From IMG/VR virus record IMGVR_UViG_3300049183_000013, positions 1-37,015 of that record: a stretch of DNA of 37,015 nt. The stretch is one strand, 5' to 3'. A model generated the notes under the pieces. The model was given only the letters and a program-made list of their open reading frames with translations. It was not told the DNA's origin and did no database searches. The position numbers were made by a program, and so were the translations under genes. Below are positions 18,295 to 26,808 of the stretch, piece by piece. Origin of the DNA: a virus. Its lineage: Duplodnaviria; Caudoviricetes. Within the stretch, counting starts at the first letter, position 1; each line of letters starts with the position of its first letter.

Positions 18295-19701
18295 TTAGCA
18301 GAGAGTCGCGGTGTAGTTCGTCTTCGCGGTCTTGCCCGCGTGCAGTGCCAGGGCGAGCGCCCAAAAGCGGTCCGCGTGACCGTCTTCGTCGCTGTCTGCC
18401 ACGAACCGGATATTACCGGCGGCGCTCGTCTCCTTGCGGATCTTGCGGAGGTCCGCGATGAAGGGATCGTCGCCGAAGGGAATCTTGATCGCCGCATCCT
18501 CAAAGGCGCTGCGCACCGGATAGGCCAGATCCTCTTTCACCGGGCCGGAGAACGTGATGCCTTCCACCCGATACTTACCGAAGCGCTGCGCTGCCCGCTC
18601 CGCGAACTGCATGCCGAGTCCGGTGGCGTCGATGCATGTCCGCTTCGCCAGCTCGATCCACGGGTAAATGACGCTCTCTTGCGTCGAGAACATCGTCTTG
18701 AAGAGATCGATCCGCTTCCGGACGAAATACACGCCGCCCACTTTCTCCACGATCAACACCGAGGTGAGGTCGTGATGGCGGCCGATGTCGATGCCGACAA
18801 AGAGCGGATTCGTGCAGGCCCGCGCCTGCTCGATGCTGTATTCCCACTTCTCGCCTTCCTTGTAGCAGCAGGCGTCGATCAGCGCGTATTCCAGGAACGC
18901 GCCGGCATCGTCCGCCGGGACACACATGTATTCCTGGAGGAAGGTCTCCTGATCACGGGCGCGGCTGCGCTGATAGTCGAAGTAAGCGGCCTCGTCGTAA
19001 TCAAGCCGAGGGTCGCCGTCCTTGAGCTTCGTCTGGAGCTTCCACAGGAAGCCCTGGTCAAGCGCATCCTGGAGCGTTACGCGGTGATGGCTGAAGCGCT
19101 TTGGGTTGCCCTTCTCTTTGATCTCCCGGATCAGCGTGTTGAAGTAGTTGCCGCTGCCGCGGTGCGTGGAGATGATCGCCAGCGCCCCGCCCCAGTCGAT
19201 GGTGGGACCGGCGATGGCATAGACGGCGCCGGGATCTTTCCGCAGGGCGAACTCGTCCAGCTTCACGTAGCCGCCGCGGCCGGCGAAGGCGTCCGGGTTT
19301 GATGACAGCGAGTGCAGCGGCTGGCCGTTGGCGAAATTGATCGTCTGGGCGGTGTGCTGCTTGCCGCCGTCGTCGGTCAGGATCGTCTCGCCGATCTCAA
19401 CCGCCGCCGCGTTCAGGATCTTGGCAAAGGCCATGCAGTCGCGCACGTACTGGCGGGCCGTCAGCTCGTCGCGGGAGCTGACCCACGTTTGCAGCCGGTT
19501 GCTGGCATGGGAGTGGCGGCGCACGTCCTCATAGGCGCTTCCGTAGGAGATGCCGATCCGCCGGGACTTCTCCATCAGCTTCATGATCGCCTGATCCATG
19601 ATCCACCGCTCCTGATAGGGCAGCATGAAGGTGTCCCGCTCCGGGATGTTCTTCGCCTTGCCCTTGAAGGTCTTCGCGTGGTCTGGAAGTCGGACGCTCA
19701 T
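18295..19701 (-). CDS. Terminase large subunit (Mu gp28-like)
   Basis: LPYQERW, EKSRRIGISY, VKLDEFA, ISTHRG, GIDIGRHHD, IDATGLG, HADRFWALALA; ATG 19701 overlaps the upstream stop. Confidence 0.92.
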   Translation of the reverse strand: MSVRLPDHAKTFKGKAKNIPERDTFMLPYQERWIMDQAIMKLMEKSRRIGISYGSAYEDVRRHSHASNRLQTWVSSRDELTARQYVRDCMAFAKILNAAAVEIGETILTDDGGKQHTAQTINFANGQPLHSLSSNPDAFAGRGGYVKLDEFALRKDPGAVYAIAGPTIDWGGALAIISTHRGSGNYFNTLIREIKEKGNPKRFSHHRVTLQDALDQGFLWKLQTKLKDGDPRLDYDEAAYFDYQRSRARDQETFLQEYMCVPADDAGAFLEYALIDACCYKEGEKWEYSIEQARACTNPLFVGIDIGRHHDLTSVLIVEKVGGVYFVRKRIDLFKTMFSTQESVIYPWIELAKRTCIDATGLGMQFAERAAQRFGKYRVEGITFSGPVKEDLAYPVRSAFEDAAIKIPFGDDPFIADLRKIRKETSAAGNIRFVADSDEDGHADRFWALALALHAGKTAKTNYTATLC

Positions 19702-20276
19702 AGTAGCTTCAGCTTCTGCTCCAGCATCTCGATCGTTTCCGCGGTGAGTCCGCCGCCTTGCTTGAGTTCCTTGGCCTTCGCCTCCAGCTCGTCGAGCCGG
19801 TCGGCCTTGCGCTTGAGGATCGCGAGTTTCTCCGAGTCGATATCGAGTGCCTTGCGACGCGAGCGCTCGCGCATCAGCGCCACGAATCCCTTGATGTTCC
19901 CGCCCTCGATCGACTCGGCGGTGAAGACCATTTGTCCAAGCTTCTCCAACTCGTCGGGTGAGGCCTCCGGATTTTCCTTCAGCCATTCCAGCTTCGCCTG
20001 GTTCGCCCGTGCCTGGGCATTCTCCATCCGCTTCTTCAGCGCGTACCACGAATGCCACTCGGAGAGCGTGGAAAGCGCGCACTCGATCCCGTGCTCTTCC
20101 TGCAAATGGACCAGCGCGGCCTCCAGGGTGTAAGGCGGCGCGGTCGTATCCGTCGGATGCATCAGCAGCCACAGCGTCTCCTGGTCATCATCCGGGAGAT
20201 TCTTCACCTTGGCGTGCGCGTTCACCTTCCGCGGCGCGGCATCCCAATTCGGCGAGGCTTTCGGTTTCGCTGACAT
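19698..20276 (-). CDS. Terminase small subunit-like (Mu gp27/DUF3486-like)
   Basis: KVKNLP...HTH (LQEEHGIECALSTLSEW), helical C-terminus GLTAETIEML; position before terL. Confidence 0.7.
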   Translation of the reverse strand: MSAKPKASPNWDAAPRKVNAHAKVKNLPDDDQETLWLLMHPTDTTAPPYTLEAALVHLQEEHGIECALSTLSEWHSWYALKKRMENAQARANQAKLEWLKENPEASPDELEKLGQMVFTAESIEGGNIKGFVALMRERSRRKALDIDSEKLAILKRKADRLDELEAKAKELKQGGGLTAETIEMLEQKLKLL

Positions 20277-20548
20277 CAGTCGATTTGCTGGCGGGCGATG
20301 CCGTCGCGGGTGATGCGCCACTCGCGCTCTTCGGTTTCCTTGTTGTCGCGGGCCGACACGTAGCCCTCGCCCAGGTTCCACTCGGCTGCGGCGAGGATCT
20401 CGCTGTCCGCCGCCGAGTTCAGCGGCAGCAGCTCGCGCACGTGACTGCACAAGGCTTCATCGTTCACCGGGAAGCCCGGCGAGATCACGAGAACGTCGCG
20501 GACCAGTTGGCGCAGCTTGCCGGGTTTGGCGGGAGGTCGGTTAGACAC
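20276..20548 (-). CDS. Mu gp26-like small winged-helix protein
   Basis: 90 aa ending WRITRDG; position upstream of the gp27-like gene. Confidence 0.6.
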   Translation of the reverse strand: MSNRPPAKPGKLRQLVRDVLVISPGFPVNDEALCSHVRELLPLNSAADSEILAAAEWNLGEGYVSARDNKETEEREWRITRDGIARQQID

Positions 20549-21056
20549 GGGATTGTTTCCTGGTTAAAGCTTCGGTTGCGATGCGCTCCACGCGCTCGGC
20601 CAGCTGCACGCCCGCTTCCACCTTGGCGACGCGCTCGCCCTGTTCCTTGAATTCATCGGCGACCTCTTTCTTGTACTTCTTGAGGTCTTCCCACAGATGG
20701 ACCCGGCCATCGGTCCCGGTCTTCGCCGCGCGCTCGATCGTGTCGAGCAGCTCCTTGTGCTTCGTGTCCACCCGCTCACTCATCCGTGTGATCAGCGCCT
20801 CAGCCTTGTTGAAGCCGGTCACCATCTCGGTCCGGAGCAGGTCGAACTCGCGGCGCGTGACGAAGTGCTCTTCCATCCGCACGGAAAGCGGTTGCGGTTC
20901 CACCTTCAGCGTCTCCGCACGCCCGGCCTTCTTGCCCTGCATGTGAGTGAGCCCGGCGAACACCGCGCCAATGACGGCGACGACAAAGCCGGTGATGATC
21001 GAGCCGGAATTGTCCGCAGCGATGGGTGGAGTCTGGGCGAGCAGTTCGAGGAACAT
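20541..21056 (-). CDS. Membrane-anchored coiled-coil protein (Mu gp25-like position)
   Basis: N-terminal transmembrane segment, FVTRREF motif, coiled coil. Confidence 0.6.
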   Translation of the reverse strand: MFLELLAQTPPIAADNSGSIITGFVVAVIGAVFAGLTHMQGKKAGRAETLKVEPQPLSVRMEEHFVTRREFDLLRTEMVTGFNKAEALITRMSERVDTKHKELLDTIERAAKTGTDGRVHLWEDLKKYKKEVADEFKEQGERVAKVEAGVQLAERVERIATEALTRKQSRV

Positions 21057-21069
21057 GAGAGAGGGGAGA

Positions 21070-21270
21070 TCAGGGAGGGCAGGCTTGCAGGAAGCGTTCG
21101 ACGGCCGCGGCCTCGGCCACGCCGAGCACCAGCGCGGGGATTCCGCTCACCGGCTGGCGTTCGCGCAGCCACAGGATCAGGCGGGAAAGCTGCGGCTCAT
21201 TGAGCGCCTTCACGGCCTGCTCAAGCTTCGCGGCATCGCACATCGCGCGGAATAGTTCCTCGGGCTTCAC
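21070..21270 (-). CDS. Hypothetical protein (66 aa)
   Basis: GTG 21270 overlaps the endolysin stop (GTGA). Confidence 0.55.
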   Translation of the reverse strand: MKPEELFRAMCDAAKLEQAVKALNEPQLSRLILWLRERQPVSGIPALVLGVAEAAAVERFLQACPP

Positions 21271-21890
21271 AGCACGGACCCTTTCTCCTTGAAGATCGCG
21301 CGGTGTCCCGCCAGCGGCGTGACGGGCAAGCCTTCCACTTGGAAATGCGGCGTGTCCTGGAGCGTCGTCCACTTGCCACCCCAATCCAGTCCGCACTCCG
21401 CGGCATGCAGCGCGCAGGCCGCATGGACCTTCGCCGCGAGCTTGGGCTCGGTGTCGTCCAGGTAAACCTTGCCACGGAACACCGCGAAGTCGGTCGCCAC
21501 GCCGAAGTTGTGCCACGAGTAGCCGCCCCGCGCGTTGGTCACCTTCTTGCCCGGCTTCGTCCGGCCTTGGGCGTAAATCTCGTTTTGCTCGTCCCACGTG
21601 CGGTTCCCGGAGATCGCGACGTAGCTGCAACCGAAGGTCGCCGCCGTCGCGTTCGCAAGCTTGTAGAACTGGATGAAGTTCGGCTGCGCCTTCGGATCAA
21701 GCGTCCGGATCGTCGCCTCGCTGCGTGCATCGACTCCCGCAAACGGATCGCGCTGGTCGGCCGGAAGCGTGAACTCCGCTCCTTGCAGCGCGTTCAAGAC
21801 CGCGCCCGCAGAATCCGGCCCGAACACGCCGTCGGGATCTTCCCCGACGTGGCGCTGGATGTCTTTGATGATGTCGCGGAGTGGCCTCAT
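21267..21890 (-). CDS. Endolysin, M15-family peptidase with N-terminal PG-binding-like segment
   Basis: RTWDEQNEIYAQGRT, SWHNFGVATD, DWGGKW..DTPHFQ; N-terminal DGVFGP. Confidence 0.9.
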   Translation of the reverse strand: MRPLRDIIKDIQRHVGEDPDGVFGPDSAGAVLNALQGAEFTLPADQRDPFAGVDARSEATIRTLDPKAQPNFIQFYKLANATAATFGCSYVAISGNRTWDEQNEIYAQGRTKPGKKVTNARGGYSWHNFGVATDFAVFRGKVYLDDTEPKLAAKVHAACALHAAECGLDWGGKWTTLQDTPHFQVEGLPVTPLAGHRAIFKEKGSVL

Positions 21891-22054
21891 GGCGATTGGT
21901 GCGGTGGGTTGATGGCGAGGCCTGCGCTGAAGCAGAGCCAATCGAACGAGAGGATCACGGGTCCCTCATCGCAGCACTCGCACTTCGGATGCCCGACGGT
22001 GATCGTCGGAATCAGGACCCAGCGATCGGGCATGAGCATGAGGAAGGGATTCAT
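21887..22054 (-). CDS. Small hypothetical protein
   Basis: 55 aa; stop overlaps the endolysin ATG. Confidence 0.45.
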   Translation of the reverse strand: MNPFLMLMPDRWVLIPTITVGHPKCECCDEGPVILSFDWLCFSAGLAINPPHQSP

Positions 22055-22275
22055 CGTAAGGAGTGGGGACACTCTTGTCCCCTTGGTCAGTTGGTCTTCC
22101 TGCTGCCCGCCACCGGCCGGCCGTCTGCGACCGGTGGCAGGACTTACTCGTCTTCAAGCGATGCGCATCATCTGACGGCGCGTCGTCTCGTATGTGTTGT
22201 TAGGAAAGGTGGGGAGGTCACTGCGGCCCGCATCACTCAGCTTCTGCCGCTCGCTCCCCGAAAGTCTTGGGCTGT

Positions 22276-22307
22276 TCACCGATCACCGATCACCCGGCAC
22301 TGATCAC
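22276..22307 (+). repeat. Heptamer repeat element copy 3 (module A)
   Basis: TCACCGATCACCGATCACCCGGCACTGATCAC; supplies the stop of the holin-like ORF. Confidence 0.9.
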
Positions 22308-22920
22308 TTTGCGGCATCACCATCCGGCGTTGCCTGCGGCCCGGCGGAATCACCGGCTCGGCATAGCGGCCGGCCTCCGCCTCGCGTTTCAAGACGCCTT
22401 CAATGTCGAAGGTGCTCTTCTCCTGGCGGACCTTCGGAGCCTTCACCTGGACGGACAGCCCGCCCTTGGACGAATAGCCATAGGTCCCATACTCGCCATC
22501 GATCCCGATCGTGATCGGGACATCGCGGAACGCTGCGACCTGCTGCGGCGTGCAGCTCGTGAAAAGGAACACCACCGCGCACGCAGCCCCAACCAGCCAC
22601 TGAAGAGCCGCGCTGCGCGATGGTGTAAACCGAGAGGCGTCATCCCTGGCACCTCTGGCATTCCCGCCGAATGCACCCGCACCCAGCGAGGAACCGTTGC
22701 CCGACGTATCATCGTCGGAAGGAAAGAGAGTCACCTTGCCGCTGGTCGCGAAGCGCACCAGGACATTGACCGCAGCGAGCGCCGCGAGGAACTCGACCGG
22801 GTTCGCCTTGATCCACTGCTGCACCGCTGGCACCAGCGCCGTCAGCACGGAAAGAACCTGCACCCAAAACGTCTTCGACTTCAGGATGCCCTTGTTAGGA
22901 AGCGTTGTTTCGTCGGCCAT
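22276..22920 (-). CDS. Holin-like membrane protein with lipoprotein-like C-terminal half
   Basis: KSKTFW followed by two hydrophobic helices; later VVFLFTSC lipobox-like motif; upstream of the endolysin. Confidence 0.6.
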   Translation of the reverse strand: MADETTLPNKGILKSKTFWVQVLSVLTALVPAVQQWIKANPVEFLAALAAVNVLVRFATSGKVTLFPSDDDTSGNGSSLGAGAFGGNARGARDDASRFTPSRSAALQWLVGAACAVVFLFTSCTPQQVAAFRDVPITIGIDGEYGTYGYSSKGGLSVQVKAPKVRQEKSTFDIEGVLKREAEAGRYAEPVIPPGRRQRRMVMPQSDQCRVIGDR

Positions 22921-22990
22921 GCGTGAACCCTGCCACGCCACCGCCTGAACCTTCAGACACCGCCCGCCACCACCGGCAACCGCCCGCTAC
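22921..22990 (-). promoter_or_regulatory. Candidate late promoter with three 10-bp direct repeats
   Basis: + strand ACCGCCCGCC/ACCACCGGCA/ACCGCCCGCT at 22959-22988; minus-strand TGGCAGGGT 6 nt before ATG 22920. Confidence 0.45.
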
Positions 22991-23006
22991 TTTTCTTCCG
23001 CCTCTC

Positions 23007-23047
23007 CGGCTGTTCCCTGAAAACTGAACACTGAAAACTAGCAAACT
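23007..23047 (+). repeat. Heptamer repeat element copy 4 (module B)
   Basis: CGGCTGTTCCCTGAAAACTGAACACTGAAAACTAGCAAACT. Confidence 0.95.
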
Positions 23048-23361
23048 CAGCTCTCCCCATTCCTCGCAGCCGCAAGCCGCGCCGACTTATAGTCCGCCAC
23101 GCTCTGCCAGTCGATGCGCCATTTCCCGTTGCCTCGCTCGCTCTTCGGCTTCCATGCCTTGATGTCGCCCAGCTCGATCAAGCGATACACCGTCTCACGA
23201 TCCTTGAAGCCGAGCATCTTCGCCGCCTGCCCGACGCCGATCTCCCGCCCATCCGTCAACCGCTTCGGCCGCACCGTGAATGATCCATCACCATGCCGCG
23301 TCTGCTCGACCTCAAAGAGCAGGATCTGTCCCGCTCCGTCATTGGCTGTGTGGCTGGCCAT
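23047..23361 (-). CDS. Excisionase/MerR-like HTH protein, candidate late regulator
   Basis: IGVGQAAKMLG...TVYRLIELGDIKA.K....KWRI; lies immediately upstream of the late operon. Confidence 0.75.
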   Translation of the reverse strand: MASHTANDGAGQILLFEVEQTRHGDGSFTVRPKRLTDGREIGVGQAAKMLGFKDRETVYRLIELGDIKAWKPKSERGNGKWRIDWQSVADYKSARLAAARNGES

Positions 23362-23452
23362 GCGACCAGCTTAGCAGGGTGACTCAACGTAGGCGTGCTG
23401 GTGACAGCACGTGCCTTTCCGCTGGGAGCGCGGAGCCTCCGGCCCGCATGCC

Positions 23453-23977
23453 TTAGTATTCCCCCGACTTGATCTGATCCAGCTTCACGCTCAGGAAATC
23501 CAGCCATTCCTTGTGCAATCGGCTGCGATCCTCCGGCGATCGGGCGAGAAGATGGGCTCTAAGTTTTCCCTGCGCCTCAGCCTCATAGCCGCTGATTGCT
23601 GCGCTGTAGGTCGCCTCTTTCCATTCGTAGCCACTTTTCCGCAACTCATCCTCCGCCGTCTCCAAGGCCTTCCGGGCAGCATACACTTCCGAATTTGCTT
23701 CCTCTGCCTCGCGCTTCGCGTCCGCATACTCCATTTGCTTGAGCGCTGCCGCCCCTGCGGTCCGTTGTGCGACGAGCGACTGCTTGGCAGAGTCCTCCAT
23801 GCCATCCTTGAGCGACGCTCTTTGGATCGCCCTGAGATAATCGTCTGCGGCCCAATCCAACTTCTGGAGGGTAAATTCCGTAACCTCCTTCGGTCCGGAA
23901 CTGTGCTCCGGCTTCTTCTCCTCACACCCGGCCAGCACCAGCGCCGCCACCGTTGTTAGAATCAGCTTCGTTTTCAT
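23453..23977 (-). CDS. Lipoprotein (accessory)
   Basis: MKTKLILTTVAALVLAGC lipobox; helical body. Confidence 0.8.
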   Translation of the reverse strand: MKTKLILTTVAALVLAGCEEKKPEHSSGPKEVTEFTLQKLDWAADDYLRAIQRASLKDGMEDSAKQSLVAQRTAGAAALKQMEYADAKREAEEANSEVYAARKALETAEDELRKSGYEWKEATYSAAISGYEAEAQGKLRAHLLARSPEDRSRLHKEWLDFLSVKLDQIKSGEY

Positions 23978-24331
23978 GAGGGGGGATTCACGTTCATTTC
24001 ATTTTCCGCCAAAAGTCCTCCGCGCCGCTTCCTCCAGCTTCCGCTGGTGTGCGGCGCTCTTCTTCTTTGTCGGGACCGGGGCGTCATCTTCGGCATCCCC
24101 GATCCAACCGCGCTGCAGGTACTGCTTGCGCAAGATGTCCTCCGCGAAAAACGCCACCGCAAGCCACGCGAACGGGATGAACAAACAAAGGACCGCCCAC
24201 GGCCACGCCCCTTTATAGGCGAGGTAAAACGGCCCTAACAAGAGGGTCCAGAGAAGCGGCGAGTCGATTTCCTCGACATGGTCGTTAGAGGGGTTGCGGA
24301 ATTTCATGGGAGGGGATTCACGTTCGTTTCA
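23972..24331. repeat. 30-bp direct repeat pair (23972-24001 and 24302-24331)
   Basis: 27/30 identical; each covers the leader and ATGAAA start of an accessory gene. Confidence 0.9.
23999..24307 (-). CDS. Small membrane protein (DUF2628-like, accessory)
   Basis: LWTLLLGPFYLAYKGAW...LRKQYLQRGW. Confidence 0.75.
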   Translation of the reverse strand: MKFRNPSNDHVEEIDSPLLWTLLLGPFYLAYKGAWPWAVLCLFIPFAWLAVAFFAEDILRKQYLQRGWIGDAEDDAPVPTKKKSAAHQRKLEEAARRTFGGK

Positions 24332-24339
24332 CACGCCGT

Positions 24340-24666
24340 TCAACGGCCCTTCTTCTTCGGATACTTTACCTTTTGGCGCGGGGCGGAAGCAGACTCAGGG
24401 GGCGGACCATGATCTTCGGCGACATTCTTTTGCGCCGGAGGCATCTCCACCACTTTCTTCGGACGTCCGCCTTTGCCAGCACGATCCGGCGCGGCGGTAA
24501 TCGACGAGGGAAGCGAGGTGCCCTGCGCCTCCAGCTCGGCATACACGGCATCACGCAGGAATTCGCTGCGGCTCTTCCGGCCGCGCTTGGCGTCGATTTC
24601 CGCAAGCAACTGCGGATCTACGCGCAGGGCGATGAGCTGCTGTCGGCTGTCCTTTCCGTCTGCCAC
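24340..24666 (-). CDS. Ribbon-helix-helix regulator, probable repressor
   Basis: LIALRVDPQLLAEIDAKRGRKSRSEFLRDAV; GTG start 24666; divergent from the early operon. Confidence 0.75.
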   Translation of the reverse strand: MADGKDSRQQLIALRVDPQLLAEIDAKRGRKSRSEFLRDAVYAELEAQGTSLPSSITAAPDRAGKGGRPKKVVEMPPAQKNVAEDHGPPPESASAPRQKVKYPKKKGR

Positions 24667-24753
24667 GCCGGAGACCCTACAGATCCCCGTTAGAAAATGC
24701 AAAATAAACGTTGCACTGGGTTAAACCCGGTTATACCGAAGAGACACCAACCG
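24667..24753. promoter_or_regulatory. Divergent switch region
   Basis: Minus strand TTGCAT(24702-24697)-17 bp-TAGGGT(24679-24674); plus strand TTGCAC at 24711 followed by inverted repeat GGGTT-A-AACCC (24718-24728). Confidence 0.65.
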
Positions 24754-24930
24754 ATGATGAGTGCCGCCCGAAAGAAAGCCACCGAGGCCAAAGCCAAGCC
24801 CACGATCATCGCCTTCAAGGCGACTCCCGAGCTGACCAAGCGCCTGGACCAAGCCGTGAAAGCGGGTGACACCGACCGCTCGAAATTCATCCGACAAGCC
24901 GTGCGCCGGGCATTGGGACATCCGGCGTGA
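24754..24930 (+). CDS. Ribbon-helix-helix regulator (Cro/Ner position)
   Basis: IIAFKATPELTKRLD......DRSKFIRQAV. Confidence 0.75.
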   Translation: MMSAARKKATEAKAKPTIIAFKATPELTKRLDQAVKAGDTDRSKFIRQAVRRALGHPA

Positions 24931-25039
24931 ACTCATGACCATCCATTGAAAGTCCGCATCCGCGAGCTGCTAGAAAGCCCCTTTTTGTGCCTTTCGCCCA
25001 AATGTCCGAAATTCCCCCTCAATGGCCGATTTCCACCCC

Positions 25040-25135
25040 ATGAACCCGAACCTCGCCGCCTTCGTCTGCCTCGCCGTCCACCTCGCGGCCTTCGCCATCG
25101 CGGCCCGCATCCTCCGCGGTTCCACCGATCACTGA
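25040..25135 (+). CDS. Small hydrophobic peptide (31 aa)
   Basis: Read manually: MNPNLAAFVCLAVHLAAFAIAARILRGSTDH; C-ending codons like its neighbours. Confidence 0.5.
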   Translation: MNPNLAAFVCLAVHLAAFAIAARILRGSTDH

Positions 25136-25157
25136 TCACCGATCACCCGGCACTTCT
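25122..25157 (+). repeat. Heptamer repeat element copy 5 (module A)
   Basis: CCACCGATCACTGATCACCGATCACCCGGCACTTCT. Confidence 0.95.
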
Positions 25158-25162
25158 TCCCC

Positions 25163-25447
25163 ATGCTCTCCGAACTGACCGCCCTGAAACTGGATGCCGC
25201 GCTCCTTGAATTGGAGCTGCTCCAGCGCACTGGCGATCCCGACGCCCCGGCGCCCGGAGAGCCCGGCATCCTTGCGTGGCTCGCCCGCCGCGCCGGGCTT
25301 TCCGAAGGCACCCTCTGTGCCTTCCAGCGCCACTCGCTGGTCAGGGTCGCCCGCGCCCTGCGCACCGACGAAGGCGAACTCCCGACCCGTCTCGCCTCCG
25401 CCTTCTGCCACCTCATCGACAATCCGGAACAACCGGAACTCTTCTAA
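25163..25447 (+). CDS. Hypothetical protein, possible HTH
   Basis: LAWLARRAGLSEGTL. Confidence 0.65.
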   Translation: MLSELTALKLDAALLELELLQRTGDPDAPAPGEPGILAWLARRAGLSEGTLCAFQRHSLVRVARALRTDEGELPTRLASAFCHLIDNPEQPELF

Positions 25448-25469
25448 CAGATCAACCCGCCACACCGCC

Positions 25470-25853
25470 ATGAATACCCCAGCCCTCACCATCGCCGAGC
25501 TTGCCCGCCTCATGCACCGCGTCGCGGAGACAGCTTACGATGAAGACCTCCGCTGCACTGGTGACACGGATCAAGCGATCCTCGGCCGCCTCACGATGCT
25601 CGATGTGATCTGCGATCCGCTGTGGGTCTCGGATCACAACCGCATGACCGCCGCCGAAGAGGCCGTCCTCGGTGAAGCCCGCGAAGCGCTCTGCAACGCC
25701 TACGACTTTCTCAAGGAGCGGCTCGAATTCACCGCGCTGCTGGTCAATGCCGCCATGCCCGAGCTGGTGACCGAACACGGCACCGCCCCGCGCGGCCCGT
25801 TGGAAGGATGGAGCGGGTCTAACTTCCGCCCCAAAGCCATCGCTTCCCACTGA
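25470..25853 (+). CDS. Hypothetical protein
   Basis: ATG 25470; in operon. Confidence 0.7.
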   Translation: MNTPALTIAELARLMHRVAETAYDEDLRCTGDTDQAILGRLTMLDVICDPLWVSDHNRMTAAEEAVLGEAREALCNAYDFLKERLEFTALLVNAAMPELVTEHGTAPRGPLEGWSGSNFRPKAIASH

Positions 25854-25882
25854 TCACCGATCACCGATCACCCGGCACTTCT
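25848..25882 (+). repeat. Heptamer repeat element copy 6 (module A)
   Basis: CACTGATCACCGATCACCGATCACCCGGCACTTCT. Confidence 0.95.
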
Positions 25883-25884
25883 CT

Positions 25885-26739
25885 ATGTCCAAGAAAATCC
25901 AACTCCCCGCCACCGCGCCCAAGCTCGCCCTCACCGGCGAATCCCAGCCGCCGGACTGGTCCCGCGCCCGCCAGATCTTCGAGGGCATCAAGCTCACCGC
26001 CCGCCTGTCCCTCGCCGGGCGCATCCTCCTGGGTCACGAACTGCTGACCCTGAAAATGGAACTCGGCTTCCTCGGCCGGGGAGGGGGACGCATCGGCAGC
26101 GGCCGGCCGTCGGCCTCGGGCGAGAAATCAAAACCGCTCGCAGCGGTTTTGAAATCCTCCCTCCACTGCACCTGGGGACAGCACTGCAAGGCGGAACTCG
26201 GCATCTCCGACGACATGGCCGACAAGCTGATCGATTGCTACGAGGCCGCGAAGGACCGGCTCAAGCGCCTAGGCGGTCAGCCGCGCCTGCTGACCCTGCT
26301 GGAGACCTCGCCCGCCAAACTCGACACCGAGGCGAAGAACACCCTGGCCAAGCTCGTGGACGGCAATGAATGGGGCGAGTCGGTCAATGAGCTGCTCGAA
26401 GAGTTCAACATCCTCAAGAAGCACAAGGCCCTCAAGGGCGGCGCCACCACCCCGGCCGCCAAACCCGCCAATGCCGAGCAGCTCGTGTTCGCGATGTTCG
26501 CGCCGGTGGAAGAGACCATCGAGAAGGCCGTCCGCACCGTCGAAAAACTCCGCCTCGGCCCCGACTACCAGCACCTGCTGCACGCCCTGCCGCTGGTCAG
26601 CTCCGAGCCCGGCAAGCCAAGCCTCACCGCCCTCGAAGCCCAACTTGATGCCGTCCTCAACGGCGACATCCGCAAAGCCCTCGAAGACATCCGCGCCGTC
26701 AAGGCCGAGAAGATGAAGACCGCCGGCGCCGCCGCCTGA
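25885..26739 (+). CDS. Hypothetical protein (DUF3102-like, common in Mu-like early regions)
   Basis: LGHELLTLK...TWGQHCKAELGISDDMA pattern. Confidence 0.65.
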   Translation: MSKKIQLPATAPKLALTGESQPPDWSRARQIFEGIKLTARLSLAGRILLGHELLTLKMELGFLGRGGGRIGSGRPSASGEKSKPLAAVLKSSLHCTWGQHCKAELGISDDMADKLIDCYEAAKDRLKRLGGQPRLLTLLETSPAKLDTEAKNTLAKLVDGNEWGESVNELLEEFNILKKHKALKGGATTPAAKPANAEQLVFAMFAPVEETIEKAVRTVEKLRLGPDYQHLLHALPLVSSEPGKPSLTALEAQLDAVLNGDIRKALEDIRAVKAEKMKTAGAAA

Positions 26740-26764
26740 CCTACTAGGACCGCAGTAGTTCCCC

Positions 26765-26795
26765 CTGAAAACTGAACACTGAACACTAACAAACT
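26765..26795 (+). repeat. Heptamer repeat element copy 7 (module B variant)
   Basis: CTGAAAACTGAACACTGAACACTAACAAACT. Confidence 0.9.
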
Positions 26796-26808
26796 CACCC
26801 CAACCGCC

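Noticed and set aside
23972-24331. 30-bp repeats as further attC sites
   Set aside because: Direct repeats with no AAC...GTT hairpin geometry
24946-25209. 87 aa TTG-start ORF
   Set aside because: Pro/Arg-rich tail runs through a repeat and overlaps a better 31 aa ORF and the next gene; not supported
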